Assembly (NCBI GenBank): GCA_965112735.1
Contig: OZ218950.1
Location: 7,192,001-7,256,000, forward strand
DNA from: Phaeosaccion multiseriatum
Lineage: Eukaryota > Protista > Ochrophyta, other classes
DNA length: 64,000 nt
Direction of reading: 5' to 3'
Shown here: positions 55,701 to 64,000 of the stretch, piece by piece
Position numbering within the stretch: the stretch's first letter is position 1
How the letters are laid out: each line of letters opens with the position of its first letter
The notes under the pieces: generated by a model
The model's input: the letters and a program-made list of their open reading frames with translations, nothing else
What the model was told of the DNA's origin: nothing
The model's database searches: none
Translations under genes and position numbers: made by a program

Positions 55701-58700
55701 CCCCTCTCTCTCTCTCCCTCTGCCCTCTTCCTATCTTCTCTCTCTTATCTCTGATCACTCCTCTCCCCCCCCCTCTCTCCCTGTCCCTCCTTCTCTCTCC
55801 CCCGCTCTCCCGTCACTCCCCCCCCCTCTCTCTCCCTGTCCCTCCCTCTCTCCTACCCTCCCACCTGATGCACTGCCCGAAGCATTTGGCTCTTGCCCAG
55901 GCCGGGGTCCCCCACCACAAGTACGTGCAAGTCCGATCGCACGGGGATCTCACTCTCTCGGGGGGAGCCGCCGAACAGGGCCAGCACCAGCCCAGCCTGG
56001 AGGGTTGGGGGTATACAAGTTGGTGATATACAGAGGGTGGTACACAGAGGGTGGGGGGTTGAGGGCATGTGATAGACGCAAAGAAGTTTTGATCGAAGAT
56101 TTAGCAGAGGGAGAGGGGGTGGGGGGGGGGGCGGGGAAGAGGCACACACACACAGAGAGAGAGAAGAGAGAAAGGGAGAGAGAGAGCACGAGAGAGAGAA
56201 AGAGAGGGCCAGAGAAGGAGAGAGAGAGAGGGCCAGAGAAAGAGAGAGAGAGAGGGCCAGAGAAAGAGAGAGAGAGAGGGCCAGAGAAAGAGAGAGAGAG
56301 AGGGCCAGAGAAAGAGAGAGAGACAGAGAAAGATGGAAAAAAAACGGAAAGAGAGAGCCACAGAGAGCAAGAGAGAGAAAAAGAGAGAGAGAGACGGTAT
56401 GAGGGAGAGAGCCAGAGCCAGAGAGGTAGAGAGAAGAGAGGCAGAGAGAGGGACAGATAGACAGAGAGAGGGACAGATAGACAGAGAGAGAGACACAGAG
56501 AGACAGAGAGAGGGACAGATAGACAGAGAGAGAGACACAGATAGACAGAGAGAGGGACAGATAGACAGAGAGAGAGACAGATAGACAGAGAGAGGGACAG
56601 ATAGACAGAGAGAGGGACAGATAGACAGAGAGAGGGACAGATAGACAGAGAGAGGGACAGATAGACAGAGAGAGGGACAGATAGACAGAGAGAGGGACAG
56701 ATAGACAGAGAGAGGGACAGATAGACAGAGAGAGAGACAGATAGACAGAGAGAGGGACAGATAGACAGAGAGAGGGACAGATAGACAGAGAGAGGGACAG
56801 ATAGACAGAGAGAGGGACAGATAGACAGAGAGAGGGACAGATAGACAGAGAGAGGGACAGATAGACAGAGAGAGGGACAGATAGACAGAGAGAGGGACAG
56901 ATAGACAGAGAGAGGGACAGATAGACAGAGAGAGGGACAGATAGACAGAGAGAGAGACAGATAGACAGAGAGAGGGACAGATAGACAGAGAGAGGGACAG
57001 ATAGACAGAGAGAGAGACAGACAGAGAGAGGGACAGATAGACAGAGAGAGGGACAGATAGACAGAGAGAGGGACAGATAGACAGAGAGAGGGACAGATAG
57101 ACAGAGAGAGGGACAGATAGACAGAGAGAGAGACAGATAGACAGAGAGAGGGACAGATAGACAGAGAGAGGGACAGATAGACAGAGAGAGAGACAGATAG
57201 ACAGAGAGAGGGACAGATAGACAGAGAGAGGGACAGATAGAGAGAGGGACAGATAGACAGAGAGAGGGACAGATAGACAGAGAGAGGGACAGATAGACAG
57301 AGAGAGAGACAGATAGACAGAGAGAGGGACAGATAGACAGAGAGAGGGACAGATAGACAGAGAGAGGGACAGATAGACAGAGAGAGGGACAAATAGACAG
57401 AGAGAGGGACAGATAGACAGAGAGAGGGACAGATAGATAGAGAGAGGGACAGATAGACAGAGAGAGGGACAGATAGACAGAGAGAGGGACAGATAGACAG
57501 AGAGAGGGACAGATAGACAGAGAGGGGGACAGATAGACAGAGAGAGGGACAAATAGACAGAGAGAGGGACAGATAGACAGAGAGAGGGACAGATAGACAG
57601 AGAGAGGGACAGATAGACAGAGAGAGGGACAGATAGACAGATAGAGAGACAGATAGACAGAGAGAGGGACAGATAGACAGAGAGAGGGACACAGATAGAC
57701 AGAGAGAGGGACAGATAGACAGAGAGAGAGACAGATAGACAGAGAGAGGGACAGATAGACAGAGAGAGAGAGACAAATAGACAGAGAGAGGGACAGATAG
57801 ACAGATAGAGAGACAGATAGACAGAGAGAGGGACAGATTGAAAGAGAGAGAGACAAATAGACAGAGAGAGGGACAGATAGACAGAGAGAGGGACAGATAG
57901 ACAGAGAGAGGGACAGATAGACAGAGAGAGGGACAGATAGACAGAGAGAGGGACAGATAGACAGAGAGAGGGACAGATAGACAGAGAGAGGGACAGATAG
58001 ACAGAGAGAGGGACAGATAGACAGAGAGAGGGACAAATAGACAGAGAGAGGGACAGATAGACAGAGAGAGGGACAGATAGACAGAGAGAGGGACAGATAG
58101 AAAGAGAGAGGGACAGATAGACAGAGAGAGGGACAGATAGACAGAGAGAGAGACAGATAGACAGAGAGAGGGACAGATAGACAGAGAGAGAGACAGACAG
58201 ATAGAGAGGGGAACAGCGACAGAGAGGGACACACTGACTGAGAAACAAACTGACAGACACACAAAGAGACACAGAGCGGGACAGAAACATAGATGGACAG
58301 GCAGAGAAACAGACTGACAGAAACAGACATACCCTCTCCCTCCTCCTGTCTGCCCATATGCCTATCCTCCTGTCTGCCCATATGCCTGCCCTCCTCCTTC
58401 CCACACGCCTGTCATACTCCTGCCCATATGCCTGCCCTCCCTGTGCCCATACGCCTGTCCTCCTGGCTGACCTTGATGAGATCATGGCCGAAGATGCCCG
58501 GGCACAGGGACGCCACAAGCAGCGCAAAGGGGCTCTCGTCACTCGCGATCTCTCTGGACAGACGAGAGGCATATGGGCCAGGGAGGAAACAGGGGCGGGC
58601 ATACGGGCGGACGAGTGAGGGCACGAAGGGGGGGAGTAGGGAGAAGGTAAGGAGGCCGAGGCCGGGCCCTTCTCTCTCGGCCGATGGCACCAGATGGAGG

Positions 58701-59527
58701 GCGCCTCTTCTGTTTTTACTGTGACAATCGTTGATCATTGGCTGGCTGCTTGGTGCCTGCTTGGTTGGATGAGGTCTAAAAACTGAAATTGAAATTACTA
58801 CCCCAAGTGCTCAGCTCACCGGATGGCCTTGAGGTCTTGGCGGGAAAACTCGACGTCCCCCGCGGGGTCGAGCTTGGACTGGTCCTAAACGCAGAGATGG
58901 AGAGTAGAATCGGCACCAAGGGAAGCAGAATCGGGGAGCAGTATCGGGTGTCAGAGGACAGCGGTGCCCCTCTCTCTCTCTCTCCTCTAGAGACTGTGAG
59001 ACTGTGAGAGAGTCAGTCCCACAGAGAGCCAAGGAGTGGTGGGAGGGGTGAAGTATCTGGCCATGTACCACCAATGCTTGTACCAGCAACGGATGGCCAG
59101 GTAGGCAGGCGGGCAGGCAGGCAGGCAGGTATCACACCTTGTTCTTGAGCCTTCTAGAATTGACGAGCGAATTGGCGCACACGAACTGCAAGTGAAGGCC
59201 CGAGGCAGACGCCTTCTTGTTCATACGTCCGCGAGCGAACTCCGCGTTGATGGACTTGACGATGCCTGCGGCGATGCAGCAGTTGGTGATACAGATGGGG
59301 CAGAGCAGCGGTTGGGTGTTGGCGAGGTGCATACTGGACGATCACTCGGGTGCGTGTGTGTACGTGCATGTGTCCGTGTGTGTTGTGTGTGAGCATGCAT
59401 GTTTCCATATGCGTTGTTTGTGTGCGTGTACGTGCCTGTATTGTGTGTGTGTGTGTTTGTGTGTGTATTTTGCGTGCATGTGTGTGTGTGTGTGTGTTGT
59501 GTGTGTGTCGGCTCTGTGTGTACGTGT

Positions 59528-59558
<31 letters not shown>

Positions 59559-60557
59559 CGTGCATGTGGGCGTGTGTGTGCGCGCGTGTGGGGCGTATTT
59601 CCGCATGACACACACACCCTCTGTGGCAAGAGGGGCAAGAGAGAAGCATAACACTAGGCAGAGAGAGTCCGTATATGGACTTCGCACCCCACATTCCCTT
59701 CCCTCCCCATGTGCCTACATATATATGTATATATATATTGTATATATATATGTATATATATATCCATATATGTCCTATGCCCATATACCTCCGATGGTGA
59801 CGACGTCCCCCGGGATGCAGGTCTCCACGAGGTCCTCCGTGAGCTCCACCTTAAGTAAGAAAGTATGTCAATGAGTTGGCGCTTGTAAGTCAATGATATT
59901 TAGTGTTCTTTCCTTATGCCCATGACTCTTCTCAACTCACCTCCACAGAGCGAGGCATGCGGCCTGCCTCCGACGCTTCGTTTTCGATCTCCTTCAGGTG
60001 CACGTACAGGTGCAGTTTCAGTATTAGTTTCATGCCTGTGGATAGATCCATGGACCCATCGCTCGCCCGCTTCTGAGCTCACGCACACGCACGCACCTGC
60101 AGCTTGACCTTTTGATAGTCCACAGTCACGGCACTGTCTCGCAGCAGCTCGAACGTCTGCAGAGGGAGGGCACAGAGGGTACAGTATCGGTGGGCAGGTG
60201 GGCACCACAGAGAGGCACAGTGAAACAGAAGGGAGGGAGGGGGGGGGATTGGTGGCGGTGTATGTCCCGTTCTCCTTCCCTCTCTCGGCTCCACCCACCC
60301 TTGCTCTGCAGCCCTCCCCGCTGCACGAGCTGGGGGGGTTAAACTTGCCGTCCACGAAGTGCCTGGGCATGAGGCTGTCACACTTGGAGCACCGGAAGTC
60401 CGCCCGAAGCACCATGGGGCTGAAGGCACGCACACACACACGCACACACACACGCACACACACACGCACACACACACACGCGCGGAGGATGAGGTCACGC
60501 ACGCACACACACACACACACACACACATACACACACACGCACACGCACACACACACG

Positions 60558-60605
<48 letters not shown>

Positions 60606-60608
60606 CAC

Positions 60609-60695
<87 letters not shown>

Positions 60696-61977
60696 CGCAG
60701 CAAGGGCGAGCCCAGAGCAGAGCACTACTCTCTACTTTGTTTGGCCCTCCTCGCCTCCGCCGCCATTTGTGACTGTACCACCAACACATGCTCGCGCTTC
60801 AGAGCCACGCACCCACGCACTAACATCACGCACTACACTCAAAGGCTGGACGGACCGGGAACTTCAAACTCTGCCCCTAGAGGCACGAGTGCGTGCGTGC
60901 GTGGGTGGGTGTGCGACCTACCTGATGCTGGACACGCGCAGCACGTTTCCCACGAGGCTAATGTACTTTCCCGCCAAATTGGCCTTGAGCTCAGACACTC
61001 CAAAGGGGGGCGAGCCCACCACTCGAGCCGTCAGCTGTGGCAGGGGCAGGAATAGAGGTAGGGGCGGGAATGTAAGATTGAGAAAGAAAAAAAAAGGCGG
61101 GCAGAGAGAGAGACCGAGTGTGATGGAAGGGGAGGAGAGAGACGGACAGAAAGACAGATGCAGTGATGGTGCCATTGAGATGGAGCGCTTCGGACAGAAA
61201 GACAGACGCAGTGATGGTGCCATTGAGATGGTGCCATTGAGATGGTGCCATTGAGATGGTGCCATTGAGATGGAGCGCTTCCGGTGGGGACGCACCTTGT
61301 GACTGAGGTTGAGGTCGGGGTGGGTGGCGTGTCTGATGAGGACGAGGGCCATGTCCAGGCAGCCCAGCATGACTCGCGGATTGTCGAACAGCGCCTGCTT
61401 CAGGCTCACAGATCCGCCGCTCTCCTCCTGGACCTGCCGCACGCACGCAGCACGCAGGGTCAGGCTCTGATGATACAGAGGAAACACGTGCGCGCGCCCT
61501 TGCCCTTTCTCGTCCCCTCCCCACCCTCTCACATACCAGCTCGCACAACTCGTCGTGGGCAAAGACGACGGACGTAGCTGTGCGGAGGTCGCAGCCGTGC
61601 AGCGGCCCCTTCCTCCTGGCTCGGCCGCCCCAACCTGCTCCCTCCCCCTGACCGTCTTCGCCTTCACCCCCATCCGAAGCCTCTGCTGCTACTGCGGCCC
61701 TCGCCCCTGCCTCTGCTCGCTCGATAGTGTTCTTGAAGAGGCAGATTGTGGCCAAGCGAGGATCTGGAGAAGAAGAAGGACAGGAAGAAAGCATGAGCAC
61801 CAGCCCCCCCCCTCCTCTCCTTTAGCGATGGACGGGCTTACCCAAGTCACTCGGAGGCGGCTCTGCCTCCCCGCCCGCCCCCTCGAAGTACTCGGGCCAC
61901 AGCGCAAGACTTTGTCGAAGCTCCGCACGGCTCAGGGAGGTCGGGCCTCGCCGCTGCCGACCCCCTGGCGGCGCCAT
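49096..61977 (-). CDS. MCM8: DNA helicase MCM8, ~20 exons
   Basis: LWPEYF N-terminus, [24 protein letters not shown], Zn finger [45 protein letters not shown], Walker [107 protein letters not shown]. Confidence 0.95.
50151..50301. repeat. 30-bp tandem repeat x5 (TGACATTGGCATTGGGTATGGGGCAATGCT) in an MCM8 intron
   Basis: Head-to-tail copies with no spacers. Confidence 0.95.
53095..53230. repeat. 43-bp tandem repeat x~3 in an MCM8 intron
   Basis: AATACCGAGACACCCGATAT.CTATCTCGACATCTCTAT.TCC repeated. Confidence 0.85.
56442..58210. repeat. 20-bp minisatellite (GACAGATAGACAGAGAGAGG)n, ~1.75 kb, in an MCM8 intron
   Basis: About 85-90 highly homogeneous units. Confidence 0.97.
61143..61281. repeat. 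Nested tandem repeat (14-bp ATGGTGCCATTGAG inside a ~48-bp unit) in an MCM8 intron
   Basis: Seen directly. Confidence 0.85.
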
Positions 61978-62366
61978 CGAGGCTCAATACGCTCAACAAT
62001 CCATCCTACATCTCATTTAACCGTGTTTTTTTTTTGTTGTTGTTTTTTTTTTTTTTTTTTTTTTTTGTTTGTCGAACCGCCTCGACCTCCCGCAGTATGT
62101 CAAGGAATATCGATAAGGTCGATATTATCGCTCCTCGTGGGCTTTTTTTGTGGCCATCCCCCTTTCTCTTCTTCCCCTCCTCCTATTCAACGCTGCTCTC
62201 TCTTCAGTCTTCCACGTCGTTCTCTACTCCTTGTTCTGTGGTCCCGCTTGCGTCGCTCCCTCCCGCGCTTTGCTCTACCAGTACTCTCTGGTTCCCAAAA
62301 AAAAAAAAGAAGAAAAAAGTCCCCATTACATAGACCGGAGTGGAAGAAGAGAAAAGGGGAGCGCAG

Positions 62367-63797
62367 ATGGATTCTTGGGAAGACGATGACTTCGTGCCGG
62401 CCATCCCTGCTCCGGTGGCCAACAACTGGGACGACGAGGAGGACGAGACGGAGCTGGAGCCGGAGGTCTCGTACGAGGGAGGCGCGCCCAAGCTGAGCAA
62501 AGACAAGCAGGCCAAGAAGCAGCGGGAAACGGACGCCGCATTAGCGGTGAGTGAGCGGGCCCTGGAAGGTCTGGAAGGGCATCTCTGGAGGGGGAGACGC
62601 GGCCAGCCCAACGGAGACCGCACAGAGCGGTTCAGTGTGTGGAGCGTCTGTCCCTGTCTCTCGCCTTGCCCTCCTCCTCACCCTTACCATCGTCGTCCTC
62701 CTCACTTCTTCTCCCTCCCTTCTACATGCCGGCACCGCCGCCCTTAGGCCCGTGCAGAGTCCGCCCTGCAAGCCAACGAGACACCGGAAGAGCGCAGACT
62801 AAGAGAGCGCATGCAGGTGGAGGAGTCCGACCACGACCTCACGGACGAGCTGTTCGGAGGCGCAAAGAGGGAGGCAGGGAGCATCGAGGACCTGCCCCTC
62901 AAGAGCATGGCCGATCACCTCAAGGTAGGGGGGCTGAGATGGTATCAGGTGTCAGGTGTCAGGTGTCAGGTGTCAGCAGGACACAGGTCTGCTTGGGGGG
63001 TAGTGATACACTGCCCATCTCTTCCATGTACCGTTCCCACTACTTTTCTTTGTACGGCACATACCTACCTACCTACCTATGTACCTCTCTTTCTCTTTCC
63101 CTCTCTCACTTTCTCTCTCTCCCTCTCTCACTTTCTCTCTCTCTCTCTCTCTCTCTCCCTCTCTCTCTGCGCCCTCCCTGCATACCCCTCGTGTGGTGGT
63201 CCTCTCCCCTTCCCTCCCTATGCTCTGAAGGTTGCCGTGACTCTGGGGGCTCGCATGGAGAAGAGCAAGTCAAACCACCTCATGTCCTTCTACAAGGAGT
63301 TCATCAGCGCCACTGAGAAGAACCTCTCTGTGGACAATATGGACGAGCTCACCACCATCCTGCTCAAGCGCAAGGCGCAAAAAGAGGCAGAGGCCAAGAA
63401 GCCCAAGGCAAGAATAAGGCCAAGAAGCCAGCGCAGGGCAGGAGAGGAGAGGGATGGGGGCGGGGGGCGCTTTTTTGTCGGCTGAAGGATGAGGAGCTGA
63501 AGCCCCCTCCCGCCTGCTTCACTGCCCCGCTTCGTGGCTGACTCCTCTTTTTCTGTCTGTCTTGTCTGGCGTGTGCCGTGCGTGCCTGCGTGCCTCCCAT
63601 ACCCCACACCCATATGCCTCTCACACGGCTGTTCTCAGGTCCAGAACAAGAAGGACACGAGTGCGAGCTTGAGCAAGAAGAAGAAGGAGCTCTCTGCCAA
63701 GAAGAAAGCGCATGAAGACGTGTTCGGAGGCGTGGACGAGGATGCCATCCAGCAGCAAGGGTACGACTTCGAAGAGGCCTACGATGACTTCATGTAG
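62367..63797 (+). CDS. EIF3J: Eukaryotic translation initiation factor 3 subunit J; exons 62367-62546, 62748-62923, 63231-63407, 63639-63797
   Basis: MDSWEDDDF..NNWDDEEDE acidic Trp motif, EERRLRERMQVEESDHDLTDELFG, Lys-rich tail ending YDDFM. Confidence 0.92.
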
Positions 63798-64000
63798 GCG
63801 GGCTGTAGGCGGACTGTTGGCGGGGCGTGTGTGTGCTGAGGAGGCCTCCGGAGGCCTTTGATCGGAGGCCTTTGACTTTTGACTTTCTGGCCGTCGCAGC
63901 TGCGGAGGTGTCTGCGACAGGCCAGCGGGAGGGCGGAAAGGGTGGGGTGGGGAGGAGGGGGGCGAGGGTGGGTCGCTGCTGCGGCGCCCCTGACCTACGC

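Noticed and set aside
55853-58602. Three 770-842 aa ORFs ([13 protein letters not shown] repeats)
   Set aside because: Translation artefacts of the intronic 20-bp minisatellite; only their ends overlap real MCM8 exons.

Overview
Eukaryotic, GC-rich, intron-dense genomic window. Introns are packed with microsatellites and minisatellites; most ORF-track entries are antisense or low-complexity artefacts. The organism is probably a photosynthetic stramenopile (inference from the PPR type and a bipartite plastid-targeting-like N-terminus). Spliced genes reconstructed by hand: long-form RNase Z (-, runs off the left end), two tandem 7TM-RGS genes (-), an ACAP-type BAR-PH-ArfGAP-ANK protein (-), ATAD3 (+), S-formylglutathione hydrolase (+), a muniscin-type mu-homology protein (-), an HtrA/DegP protease (+), a coiled-coil protein (-), Nup50 (+), a secreted mucin-like Cys-rich repeat protein (+), MCM8 (-) and eIF3j (+). 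A rearranged accessory block at about 4.6-10.8 kb holds a PPR pseudogene, a MITE-like foldback, a duplicated 7TM-RGS gene, a long hairpin and orphan transporter exons. Best new signals: (1) five copies of a non-canonical box C/D snoRNA-like element in ATAD3 introns, with two guides matching LSU rRNA on either side of the GTPase-associated centre; (2) 7TM-RGS paralogues diverging in the membrane domain but not the RGS domain; (3) a miRNA-like hairpin; (4) repeated copies of exon ends and donor sites inside downstream introns, plus a shared TATCACCAAC motif at intron 3' ends; (5) an 8-Cys domain repeated four times on Pro/Thr linkers.
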